This document shows positions 42,638 through 51,709 of a stretch of 64,000 nt of DNA, piece after piece. The DNA is from an uncultured Thiotrichales bacterium (GTDB taxonomy: Bacteria > Pseudomonadota > Gammaproteobacteria > UBA4575): assembly GCA_964636225.1 (NCBI GenBank), contig CAZWQM010000003.1, positions 66,172 through 130,171 of the forward strand, written 5' to 3'. A model generated the notes under the pieces. The model had not been told where the DNA came from. It saw only the letters and a program-made list of their open reading frames with translations, and searched no databases. The position numbers were made by a program, and so were the translations under genes. Numbering within the stretch: the first letter of the stretch is position 1; each line of letters opens with the position of its first letter.

Positions 42638-43729
42638 TCAGGTATTCTGAATCACGATTTTGGGGAATTTAGCACTATAGTCCTTACTTTTCACCGCCAA
42701 TTTGGCTGCGGTTTTACGCGCGATTTGTCTATAGATTTGACTTACACGACTGTCAGGCGATGCAATCACAGTCGGCTCACCACCATCCACCTGTTCACGG
42801 ATACTCATGTCCAGAGGTAGTTTACCCAGCAGTTCAACGCCACTTTCTTCAGCCATTTTTTCACCGCCGCCGGCACCAAAAATCGCTTCTTCGTGACCAC
42901 ATTCACTACAAATGTGCAGACTCATATTCTCCACAATACCCAATACCGGCACTTCGACTTTCTCAAACATCTTCAGCCCTTTACGCGCATCCAGTAATGC
43001 GATGTCCTGTGGAGTGGTCACGATCACGGCACCACTAACAGGAATTTTCTGCGCCAGAGTTAACTGCACATCACCAGTGCCTGGAGGCAAATCCACTACA
43101 AGATAGTCCAGGTCTCTCCATCGAGTGTCATTTAGTAACTGCTCGAGTGCCTGTGTCACCATCGGTCCACGCCAGATCATTGGTGTTTCTTCATCAATCA
43201 GGAAACCGATCGACATCGCCTGAATGCCATGCCCCATAATCGGCTCCAGACTTTTTCCATCAGTGGATTCCGGCTGACCGGAAACACCCAGCATCCTAGG
43301 CTGACTGGGTCCGTAAATATCCGCATCAAGAATCCCTACTGTGGCACCTTCGGCAGCCAGAGCCAGGGCCAGATTCACGGCAGTGGTGGATTTACCCACA
43401 CCTCCCTTACCTGAAGCCACTGCGATGACATTTTTAATATTTTGCATTGGCTTGAGGCTTTTTTGCACTGCATGTGCCTGAATGTCCCAACCGATGGTGA
43501 TGTCCACATCGCCGACACCCTCTAATTTACTGACTTCAGTACCGATTTTTTCGGATAGTTCCTCAATCATGCTCTTGGCAGGATAGCCTAATTGAATATC
43601 AATGCTGACTTTATCTCCGTCTACTTTGATATCTTTTACCCATTTTGCAGCCACAATATTCTTGCCTACATTAGGGTCCTCAATATTCTTCAGGGTATCT
43701 TCAACTTGTTGTGGGCTCACGCTCGCCAT
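42638..43729 (-). CDS. apbC: Fe-S cluster carrier ATPase ApbC/Mrp
   Basis: The deviant Walker A is ASGKGGVGKSTTAVNLALAL. CxxC is at CSECGH and an N-terminal DUF59-like domain is present. Confidence 0.9.
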   Translation of the reverse strand: MASVSPQQVEDTLKNIEDPNVGKNIVAAKWVKDIKVDGDKVSIDIQLGYPAKSMIEELSEKIGTEVSKLEGVGDVDITIGWDIQAHAVQKSLKPMQNIKNVIAVASGKGGVGKSTTAVNLALALAAEGATVGILDADIYGPSQPRMLGVSGQPESTDGKSLEPIMGHGIQAMSIGFLIDEETPMIWRGPMVTQALEQLLNDTRWRDLDYLVVDLPPGTGDVQLTLAQKIPVSGAVIVTTPQDIALLDARKGLKMFEKVEVPVLGIVENMSLHICSECGHEEAIFGAGGGEKMAEESGVELLGKLPLDMSIREQVDGGEPTVIASPDSRVSQIYRQIARKTAAKLAVKSKDYSAKFPKIVIQNT

Positions 43730-43900
43730 TGGATAAATCCTCTTGCTGACTAATTATTCTAAAGTGGGGCAGTTAAACACTCCGCAAGATGTATTCCAAG
43801 CTCCTGATTGAGATAGTAATGCTCGTTACAATCTATCTAGCCGCATTTTTACTAAGCTGGTAAGGTACACCCTCATTCAAGCAATCCGTTCTGTAAACAC

Positions 43901-45922
43901 GTGAATAATAGAAGAATTTTAGTTACCAGCGCACTTCCCTATGCCAACGGATCTATCCATTTAGGCCATCTTGTTGAGTATATCCAGACAGATGTGTGGG
44001 CACGCTTTCAGAGAATGTGTGGCCATCAATGCATTTACGTGTGCGCTGATGACGCTCATGGCACGCCGATCATGATTCGCGCACAGCAGGAAGGGATTAC
44101 ACCTGAGCAGCTGATAGCCAAAACCAAGCAGGAACATGAGCAGGATTTTGCTGACTTTCATATCCAGTTCGACAACTTTCACAGCACCCATTCGGATGAA
44201 AACCGGCAGCTGTCCGGTAGTATTTTCAAAGCGTTGCAGGACAACGGATACATCAGTACCAAAACGGTCACGGATTTGTTCGACCCGCAGGAAAAAGTGT
44301 TCCTGCCAGACCGTTTTGTTCGTGGCACTTGCCCTAAATGCAAAGCAGAAGATCAGTATGGTGACAACTGTGAATCCTGCGGGGCCACCTATTCACCCTC
44401 GGATTTAATTAATCCGCGCTCCTCACTAAGCGGTGCGAAACCTGTACAAAAAGAAAACCTGCATTATTTTTTCATGCTGAGCACTCTGGAACCTGCTTTA
44501 AAACAATGGACACAATCCGGCAGTCTGCAGACAGAAATCGCCAATAAAATTTCCGAGTGGTTTAAGGATGGATTGCAGGATTGGGATATCTCACGAGATG
44601 CTCCCTATTTCGGTTTTGAAATTCCCGGCGCGCCTGGAAAATATTTTTATGTCTGGCTGGATGCGCCAATTGGCTATATGGCCAGTTTCAAAAACTACTG
44701 TGATCGTAGCGGATTGAATTTCGATACTTTCTGGAAACCGAACAGTGATACGGAGCTTTATCACTTTATCGGAAAAGATATTGCCTATTTCCATACGCTA
44801 TTCTGGCCAGCCACACTAATGGGTTCAGGCTGGCGCACGCCCACCAGCGTGTACTGTCATGGTTTCCTGACTGTGAACGGACAAAAAATGTCAAAGTCAC
44901 GCGGCACATTTATTAAAGCCCGTACTTATTTAAATTATTTGCAACCGGAATACTTGCGCTACTATTTTGCCGCCAAATTAAATGACGGTGTTTCCGATAT
45001 CGATTTAAATCTGGATGATTTTCAGAAACGCGTGAACAGTGATGTGGTCGGCAAGCTAGTGAATATCGCCAGTCGCTGTGCCGGCTTCATCTATAAAAAG
45101 TTTGGTGCAAAACTGACAGCTGAATTTATTCCGGAAGGCTCACATGCATTTAAGCTTGCCAGCGATAAAAACATCGAAATAAAAGACCTTTACGAGAAGC
45201 GAAAATATTCCGAAGCTATGCGCAACATAATGAGTCTTGCGGATACTGCCAATCAGATTATTGATCAATACAAGCCATGGGAACGTATTAAAGATGAAGC
45301 CAACCAAACCGAGGTACATCAGGTATGCAGCTTTGGCGTCAATATGTTTCATCTCTTAATTGGTTACTTGAAACCAGTCATGCCAGAACTTGCGCAAAAA
45401 TCAGAAGCATTCTTGAATACAGAAATCTGCTGGGATGCCCTGGCGAATGGCAAACCTTTTAATGAAGGTCACGAAATTAACCAATTCAAACCACTAATTA
45501 CGCGTGTTGAAAAAGAAGCTATCGAAAAAATTATTGAAGAGAGCAAACAGGAAACGGCGCCTCAAGCCAGTGACCCTATTAATAATGAAATTTCATTTGA
45601 GGACTTTGCCAAACTGGATTTACGTGTGGCACGCATTGCCAAAGCGCAGCATGTAGAGGGTGCAGAAAAATTACTTCAACTGACTTTAGATCTTGGCGAA
45701 CCTACTGGCGGTGTGCAAAAAAATGTTTTCGCCGGAATCAAAAGTGCTTACAAGCCAGAAGACCTGGAAGGCAAGTTAGTCGTGATGGTCGCCAATCTGG
45801 CACCAAGAAAAATGCGTTTTGGTTTATCTGAAGGCATGGTACTTGCGGCAAGTGGCATCGACAGTGGTTTGTTTGTGATACATCCGGACGAGGGTGCCTC
45901 TGCAGGCATGCGCGTCAAATAA
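43901..45922 (+). CDS. metG: methionine-tRNA ligase
   Basis: HIGH motif [19 protein letters not shown] motif KMSKSRG, zinc knuckles CPKC...CESC, and a C-terminal tRNA-binding domain. Confidence 0.95.
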   Translation: MNNRRILVTSALPYANGSIHLGHLVEYIQTDVWARFQRMCGHQCIYVCADDAHGTPIMIRAQQEGITPEQLIAKTKQEHEQDFADFHIQFDNFHSTHSDENRQLSGSIFKALQDNGYISTKTVTDLFDPQEKVFLPDRFVRGTCPKCKAEDQYGDNCESCGATYSPSDLINPRSSLSGAKPVQKENLHYFFMLSTLEPALKQWTQSGSLQTEIANKISEWFKDGLQDWDISRDAPYFGFEIPGAPGKYFYVWLDAPIGYMASFKNYCDRSGLNFDTFWKPNSDTELYHFIGKDIAYFHTLFWPATLMGSGWRTPTSVYCHGFLTVNGQKMSKSRGTFIKARTYLNYLQPEYLRYYFAAKLNDGVSDIDLNLDDFQKRVNSDVVGKLVNIASRCAGFIYKKFGAKLTAEFIPEGSHAFKLASDKNIEIKDLYEKRKYSEAMRNIMSLADTANQIIDQYKPWERIKDEANQTEVHQVCSFGVNMFHLLIGYLKPVMPELAQKSEAFLNTEICWDALANGKPFNEGHEINQFKPLITRVEKEAIEKIIEESKQETAPQASDPINNEISFEDFAKLDLRVARIAKAQHVEGAEKLLQLTLDLGEPTGGVQKNVFAGIKSAYKPEDLEGKLVVMVANLAPRKMRFGLSEGMVLAASGIDSGLFVIHPDEGASAGMRVK

Positions 45923-45927
45923 ATCTT

Positions 45928-46563
45928 ATGCCGAGTTCCACGGTTTCTTATAGTAAAACACTGGCGGTCATCGATGAAGAACACTGCATAGGCTGCACAC
46001 TTTGCATAAAAGCCTGTCCATTTGACGCCATCATTGGCGCCTCCAAACAGTTACACACTGTGATAAATGCATTTTGCACGGGCTGCAAACTATGCATAGA
46101 ACCCTGCCCTGTTGATTGCATTTCCATGCAGGAGAATACTGCCCTTAAACATATTCAGCCAGAGCCACCCAACTTCTCAGCACATAATAACTGTTCTCAC
46201 TGCGAGCAATGCATTCCTGCCTGCCCAAAAAATTTGAAACCGGTTTATTTATACGAACACATTCGCCATCATCGATTTTCCCAAGCAGAGGAGGAATCGT
46301 TATCTGAGTGCGCGCAATGTGCTGAATGTAGCCGGGCCTGTCCACAGCATATTCCGCTGGCAGAAACATTTTTCTATGCAAACAAAGTTTTACAATACAA
46401 ACAACAAAAGAAAATATTTACTCAACGAACCAAACAACGTCTTAAAGTTCGCGAACAACGCTTGTCCAATTTAAAATCCGAACAATTGGCGTCATTATCC
46501 ATCAATAAAACTAATCTTGCAGATAAACTGCAAGCACTGAAAAAATCGGCTTTAAATAAATAG
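45928..46563 (+). CDS. 4Fe-4S dicluster ferredoxin-like protein (RnfB C-terminal-domain-like) with a basic tail
   Basis: Two canonical CxxCxxCxxxCP motifs, two further Cys clusters, and a Lys/Arg-rich C-terminus. It lies between metG and nth, as orphan rnfB-like genes do in other proteobacteria. Confidence 0.6.
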   Translation: MPSSTVSYSKTLAVIDEEHCIGCTLCIKACPFDAIIGASKQLHTVINAFCTGCKLCIEPCPVDCISMQENTALKHIQPEPPNFSAHNNCSHCEQCIPACPKNLKPVYLYEHIRHHRFSQAEEESLSECAQCAECSRACPQHIPLAETFFYANKVLQYKQQKKIFTQRTKQRLKVREQRLSNLKSEQLASLSINKTNLADKLQALKKSALNK

Positions 46564-46576
46564 CGGTTAAATCAAT

Positions 46577-47215
46577 TTGAACAAGGCTAAACGTATAGAA
46601 ATCTTTAGTCGTTTGCGCGCACAAAATCCGCATCCTACGACTGAACTGAATTTCAGCAATGAATTTGAATTGCTGATTGCCGTTATTCTCTCAGCCCAGG
46701 CAACGGACGTAAGCGTTAACAAAGCTACTGACAAGTTGTACAAAGTGGCTAATACCCCCGAAAGCATTCTTAGGCTGGGTGAAACAAAACTAAAAAATTA
46801 CGTAAAAACCATCGGCCTGTATAATACAAAAGCCGGCAACATCATCAAAACCTGCAAAATATTGATCGACAAATACCAGGGGCAGGTCCCGCAAGACCGT
46901 GCCGCTCTGGAGGCACTCCCTGGTGTTGGACGAAAAACTGCCAATGTAGTGCTCAACACAGCGTTTGGACATCCGACTATTGCCGTGGATACGCATATTT
47001 TTAGGGTATCCAATCGCACTGGCATCGCACCGGGCAAGAATGTTCTGGAAGTTGAAAAGCGCCTACTACGCCTGGTACCTGAGGAATTTAAACGCGATGC
47101 CCATCACTGGTTGATTCTGCTTGGTCGTTATACTTGTGTTGCGCGATTACCTAAATGCCCAGAATGTATTATAAACGAACAATGTGAGTACAAGAAAAAG
47201 ACACAAGCACCTTAA
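46577..47215 (+). CDS. nth: endonuclease III
   Basis: An HhH-GPD motif and the C-terminal 4Fe-4S cluster loop CVARLPKCPEC. Confidence 0.9.
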   Translation: MNKAKRIEIFSRLRAQNPHPTTELNFSNEFELLIAVILSAQATDVSVNKATDKLYKVANTPESILRLGETKLKNYVKTIGLYNTKAGNIIKTCKILIDKYQGQVPQDRAALEALPGVGRKTANVVLNTAFGHPTIAVDTHIFRVSNRTGIAPGKNVLEVEKRLLRLVPEEFKRDAHHWLILLGRYTCVARLPKCPECIINEQCEYKKKTQAP

Positions 47216-47411
47216 TTACCCATCCTATCCATTTACTTCCAAGGAACTTGAGCCAGATAATGAGCTCTAACTGTTCGAGAAGACTTGACCATAAGATAAT
47301 TATGGATTTAATTCGCCAAATGACCTGTAATATAACCCTTTGGGAATCGGTCATTATAGTCAGGAATGAAATTCCCGCTTGGATATCCTCAAACAAAGAC
47401 GGAGAAAGTAA

Positions 47412-47705
47412 ATGTCTAAGAAACTTGAACTTAAGCCTATCGCTGCAGCCGTTGGTGCTGCTTTAACTGCAAGTGTTATTACTATGCCTACAGCGAATGC
47501 TGATGCGAACCCATTTGGTATGACTGATCTTTCTTCAGGCTATATGGTTGCTGAAATGGAAGAAGGTAAGTGCGGCGAAGGTAAGTGCGGCGAGAAAAAA
47601 GCTGAAGAAGGTAAGTGCGGCGAAGGTAAGTGCGGCGAAGGTAAGTGCGGCGAGAAAAAAGCTGAAGAAGGTAAATGTGGCGAAGGTAAGTGCGGCGAGA
47701 AATAA
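47412..47705 (+). CDS. secreted Cys-Gly repeat precursor peptide (EGKCG-repeat, HvfA/bufferin-like candidate RiPP metallophore precursor)
   Basis: A Sec signal peptide with a predicted ...TANA|DA cleavage site. The C-terminal 49 residues are EEGKCGEGKCGEKKAE-type repeats, and all 7 Cys sit in G-K-C-G. A DUF692/DUF2063 pair lies downstream. Confidence 0.75.
   Translation: MSKKLELKPIAAAVGAALTASVITMPTANADANPFGMTDLSSGYMVAEMEEGKCGEGKCGEKKAEEGKCGEGKCGEGKCGEKKAEEGKCGEGKCGEK
47561..47700 (+). repeat. coding tandem repeat of a 15-nt unit GGTAAGTGCGGCGAA (about 8 copies with variants, organised as 45/60-nt super-units)
   Basis: A direct read of the DNA shows gaagaaggtaagtgcggcgaaggtaagtgcggcgagaaaaaagct repeated with one extra 15-nt unit in the second copy. 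Confidence 0.9.
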
Positions 47706-47772
47706 TCACCGCCTCATTACTACGGGTATCCTCGTTGATACCCGCATATTAGATTCAGAAGCATAATATTCT

Positions 47773-47810
47773 GGTCTACTGACGGCAGGCACTTGAATTA
47801 GGGCCTGCCG
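47773..47810 (+). terminator. rho-independent terminator after the precursor gene
   Basis: A perfect 8-bp stem CGGCAGGC / GCCTGCCG with a 12-nt loop, followed by TTTTTTATTT. Confidence 0.7.
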
Positions 47811-47867
47811 TTTTTTATTTGAGATCTACTATTTATAATAACTGTTCGGCTGCGGCCGAGATCCAAA

Positions 47868-49378
47868 ATGCAAATGCATGAACTATCAGGGTTTGCTATG
47901 ACAACGCTTGAGATTCTGGCGTTTTCATTTATTTTCACTCTTGGTGCAGGTGTTATCTTTGTGGCGGTTTTATATATTATCGACCGCTCCCAAACCAAAC
48001 ATGCTATCCGCCATAATTATCCTGTTATTGGCCGATTTCGTTATTACTTTGAACATTTAGGTGAATTCTTTCGCCAGTATTTCTTTACCCTGGACCGTGA
48101 GGAATTGCCTTTTAACCGAGCGGAAAGAAGCTGGGTATACCGCGCGGCAAAAGATATCGATTCGACTGTTGCATTTGGTTCAACAAGAGATTTATACAAG
48201 CCTGGCACAGTGATCTTTGGCAATTGTCTATTTCCGAAATTAAGCATTGACTCTGCCGAGCCGGAAGAAGTCACCATCGGGCCTTACTGTAGAAATCCTT
48301 ACAGCACACGTTCTATCTATAATATTTCCGGAATGAGTTATGGTGCTATTTCTAAACCTGCCGTGCTGGCTTTATCCAATGGCACACGTGAAGCCGGTTG
48401 CTGGTAAATACCGGTGAAGGTGGCCTATCTCCTTATCATCTGAAAGGTGGCGCTGACATTGTATTTCAGATTGGCACGGCCAAATATGGTTTACGAGATG
48501 ACAACGGTCATTTAAATACTGAAAAATTAAAGTCGATTGCGGCTCATCCACAGGTAAAAATGTTTGAGCTTAAATTAGCACAAGGTGCCAAACCCGGGAA
48601 AGGCGGCATACTGCCAGCGGCCAAGGTCAATCAGGAAATTGCTGCTATACGTGGCATCCCCGTAGGTACAGACTCGATTAGCCCAAACCGACATATTGAT
48701 GTTAATTCGATTGATGAATTACTCGATATGCTGGTTTCGATTCGCGAAACGACTCAAAAGCCAGTGGGTTTTAAAACCGTTATCGGTACCCGCCAATGGG
48801 TCGATGATTTATTCAGCCAAATTAATGAACGTGGCATCGAAAATGCCCCGGACTTTATCACCATTGACAGCGGCGATGGCGGCACCGGTGCCGCGCCAAT
48901 GAGCCTGATGGATAATGTAGGCTTGCCGATTAAACAAAGCCTGCCTTTTATTATTAATAAATTAAACCAGTATAAATTACGCGAGCGTATAAAAGTGATC
49001 ACATCGGGTAAACTTATCACTCCTGTGGAAGTCGCCTGGGCATTAGCCACAGGGGCCGACTTTATTGCTTCTGCACCCGGCTTTATGTTCTCGATTGGTT
49101 GTATTCAGGCCATGCAATGTAATAAAAATACCTGTCCAACCGGCATAACGACACATGATAAAGACTTACAAAGCGGGCTTGATCCACACAATAAAGCAAT
49201 TCGTGTAAGGAATTATGTCAAAAACATGGTCTATGAAGTAGGTATGATCGCTCATTCCTGCGGCGTGGTAGAGCCGCGCCAGTTGCGCCGACATCACGCA
49301 TACATTGTAAGTCCTCAAGGAAGATCTATACCACTGGACGAGCTATATTCCGCAGAAGCCACTTACATGCATACATAA
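47868..49378 (+). pseudogene. FMN-dependent glutamate-synthase-domain oxidoreductase (GltB-domain-2 / YerD-like, N-terminal membrane anchor) split by a -1 frameshift at about nt 48403
   Basis: ORF 47868..48407 ends ...GMSYGAISKPAVLALSNGTREAGCW*. ORF 48398..49378, in the -1 frame, continues (L)VNTGEGGLSPYHL, giving the conserved junction AGCW-VNTGEGG. The break is at a GG run that would restore the frame if it were GGG. Downstream the motifs GxxSGDGGTGAAP and TCPTG are intact. Confidence 0.7.
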
Positions 49379-49405
49379 AACTAACATAGCCTGGGGAGAG
49401 CCATC

Positions 49406-50020
49406 GTGATAAGCATTATTCATTTCGTAAATACTATTTTTGACAAACTACGTGCTTTGGATTTTCTGGGCCCGTTAGCACTACGATTATATTTGGTTCC
49501 TATCTTCTGGATGGCAGGCACTCATAAAATCGACTTCTCAACTTTTATGCCTTTTGAATCTACCGTCAGCTGGTTTGGAAATCCAGACTGGGGACTGAGG
49601 CTGACTTTCCCTGCCCTGATGGCATTCCTGGCGGGCTGGACTGAAGTGCTTGGTGCAATTTTTTTACTGGTCGGTTTTGGCGTACGCTGGATCTCCATTC
49701 CCTTAATCGTGACTATGTTGGTCGCTATTTTTTCCGTTCATCTCAGTAACGGTTGGTTAGCCATTGCATCTGGCTCCGGTATGTTTGCCACCGAACGCAC
49801 TATGGGAGCCATTGAACGCCTGGATGTTGCCAAGGACATTCTAAAAGAACATGTAAATTATTCATGGTTGACAGAAAATGGAAGCTTCGTGGTACTCAAT
49901 AACGGTATTGAATTCGCCACCACATACCTGATTATGTTACTGGTACTATTTTTTATAGGTGCGGGAAAATACTTCAGCGTGGATTATTATTTAAGTCTGG
50001 TGAATCCAAGACAGAACTAG
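49406..50020 (+). CDS. DoxX-family membrane protein
   Basis: Four hydrophobic helices in DoxX-like spacing. It sits directly upstream of the DUF692 gene, as in other DUF692/DUF2063 clusters. Confidence 0.6.
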   Translation: MISIIHFVNTIFDKLRALDFLGPLALRLYLVPIFWMAGTHKIDFSTFMPFESTVSWFGNPDWGLRLTFPALMAFLAGWTEVLGAIFLLVGFGVRWISIPLIVTMLVAIFSVHLSNGWLAIASGSGMFATERTMGAIERLDVAKDILKEHVNYSWLTENGSFVVLNNGIEFATTYLIMLLVLFFIGAGKYFSVDYYLSLVNPRQN

Positions 50021-50067
50021 TACAGATTAAATTACTCAAAACTGAAGATACATAATAAAAAGAGAAT

Positions 50068-50928
50068 ATGATGACTAATCAATATTGTGTCAGTGGCGCG
50101 GGACTGGGACTCAGACGCGGTCATATGTTTGAGGAGTTGCTGGAAAGCAATCCGGCACAAATCCAGTTTATGGAAGTGGCACCTGAAAACTGGATAGGAA
50201 TGGGTGGCCGGCTGGGCAAACGTTTTCGCCAATATACAGAGCGCTTTGACTTTGTCACACATGGTTTGTCCTTATCCATTGGCGGGCCAACACCACTCGA
50301 TATCAATCTTGTAAATGACATCAAAGCCTTTATGCAACAGCATAATATTCTCAAATACACTGAACATTTAACTTATTGTTCAGATCAAGGCCATCTTTAC
50401 GACTTAATGCCTATTCCGTTTACTTCTGAAGCCGTTAAATATGTTGCCGATCGAATTAAGCAGGTTCAGGACATTCTTGAGCAGCGCATCGCAATGGAAA
50501 ATGCATCCTATTACGCCGCGCCCGGCAAAGAGATGGAAGAAATTGATTTTCTCAAAGCGGTATTAGAGGAAGCCGATTGCGAGCTGTTACTGGACGTAAA
50601 TAACATTTATGTAAATTCTATTAACCATGGTTACGACCCGGTCGAGTTCCTGGTTTCATTGCCAAAAGAACGCATTTGCTATTGTCATATCGCCGGTCAT
50701 TTCAATGAAGCCGAAGATCTTATCGTAGATACGCATGGCGCGAATGTGATTGATCCGGTCTGGTCTCTGCTGGATAAGGCTTATGAAGTATTTGGTGTAT
50801 TCCCAACCTTGCTGGAGAGAGATTTCAATATTCCCAAATTACCTGTGCTGATGCAGGAAGTGGATCAAATCTGTCAGTTGCAGGAAAAATGGTCGTCCTA
50901 TACCCGCAAGGCAACATCTCATGCCTGA
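50068..50928 (+). CDS. DUF692-family enzyme (MNIO: multinuclear non-heme iron oxidative enzyme; MbnB/HvfB/TglH-like peptide maturase)
   Basis: 286 aa with a TIM-barrel family pattern: GLGLRRGH ... FMEVAPENW ... THGLSLSIGG ... EHLTYC ... MENASYY ... LLLDVNNIYVNSINHGYDP ... CHIAGH. These are the conserved His/Asp/Glu metal ligands of the family. Confidence 0.8.
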   Translation: MMTNQYCVSGAGLGLRRGHMFEELLESNPAQIQFMEVAPENWIGMGGRLGKRFRQYTERFDFVTHGLSLSIGGPTPLDINLVNDIKAFMQQHNILKYTEHLTYCSDQGHLYDLMPIPFTSEAVKYVADRIKQVQDILEQRIAMENASYYAAPGKEMEEIDFLKAVLEEADCELLLDVNNIYVNSINHGYDPVEFLVSLPKERICYCHIAGHFNEAEDLIVDTHGANVIDPVWSLLDKAYEVFGVFPTLLERDFNIPKLPVLMQEVDQICQLQEKWSSYTRKATSHA

Positions 50929-51688
50929 GTCTGCACAAAAATTTAGAGATGTGCAGTATCAATTCACTGCACACATAAGGGATCCTGAAAAGAATCCGGC
51001 GCCTTCAAATATTGAAGATCGGCGCATGGAAATTTACCGTGGCCTGCTCTATCGCAATGTAGAGAATTTTTTATCTACCGGCTTTCCTGTTACACGCAAA
51101 TTATACAGCGAGGAAAACTGGCATAAAATGGTCAGGGACTTTTTCGCAACACACAAGAGTCATTCGCCTTACTTCAAAGACATATCAAAAGAATTTTTAA
51201 TTTACTTGAATAAAGAACGTACAGCACAAAAAGAAGACCCGGCTTTTCTGTGTGAATTAGCGCATTATGAATGGCTGGAGATCATGTTGTCCTTTCTGGA
51301 TGCTGATATCGACTGGCCTAGTATCAATAAAGACTGCAACCTGATGGAGAGCATCCCCGTATTAACACCTTTTATGCAGCTCAATCAATACGATTATCCT
51401 GTGCATAAAATTAAACCAAACTTTCAACCACAACAGCCTTCAGAGCAGCCAACTTTTATTTTAGTCTACCGCGACCAACAGGACAGTGTAGGCTTTATGG
51501 AAATGAACCCGATGACAGCGCGACTGGTTGAATTGCTTTCAAACAATGAAAGTGAGACGGGCGAGCAAATACTATTAACCATAGCGAAAGAGATACCTCA
51601 ACTTGCTAAGGATGTGATTATGCACGGCGGTCATTCCGCCATGATCCAGCTACGTGAAAAAGATATTCTGCTTGGCTGTAAAAAATAA
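50921..51688 (+). CDS. DUF2063-family partner protein (MbnC/HvfC-like RiPP maturation protein)
   Basis: The N-terminus FRDVQYQFTAHIRDPEKNPAPSNIEDRRMEIYRGLLYRNVENFLSTGFPV is the characteristic DUF2063 opening. It overlaps the DUF692 gene by 8 nt, suggesting translational coupling. Confidence 0.8.
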   Translation: MPESAQKFRDVQYQFTAHIRDPEKNPAPSNIEDRRMEIYRGLLYRNVENFLSTGFPVTRKLYSEENWHKMVRDFFATHKSHSPYFKDISKEFLIYLNKERTAQKEDPAFLCELAHYEWLEIMLSFLDADIDWPSINKDCNLMESIPVLTPFMQLNQYDYPVHKIKPNFQPQQPSEQPTFILVYRDQQDSVGFMEMNPMTARLVELLSNNESETGEQILLTIAKEIPQLAKDVIMHGGHSAMIQLREKDILLGCKK

Positions 51689-51709
51689 ATAAGCCTGCGT
51701 AAAATTTAT

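Noticed and set aside
47561-47700. Possible CRISPR-like or minisatellite array
   Set aside because: The units are only 15 nt, have no spacers, and lie inside a coding frame. This is a coding tandem repeat, not a CRISPR array.
47488-47766. ORFs 47488..47709 (-) and 47548..47766 (+) with repetitive Arg/Tyr/Leu or Lys/Val/Ser/Ala translations
   Set aside because: They are alternative-frame and antisense readings of the 15-nt tandem repeat in the precursor gene. The in-frame Cys-Gly repeat reading with a signal peptide is the coherent one.
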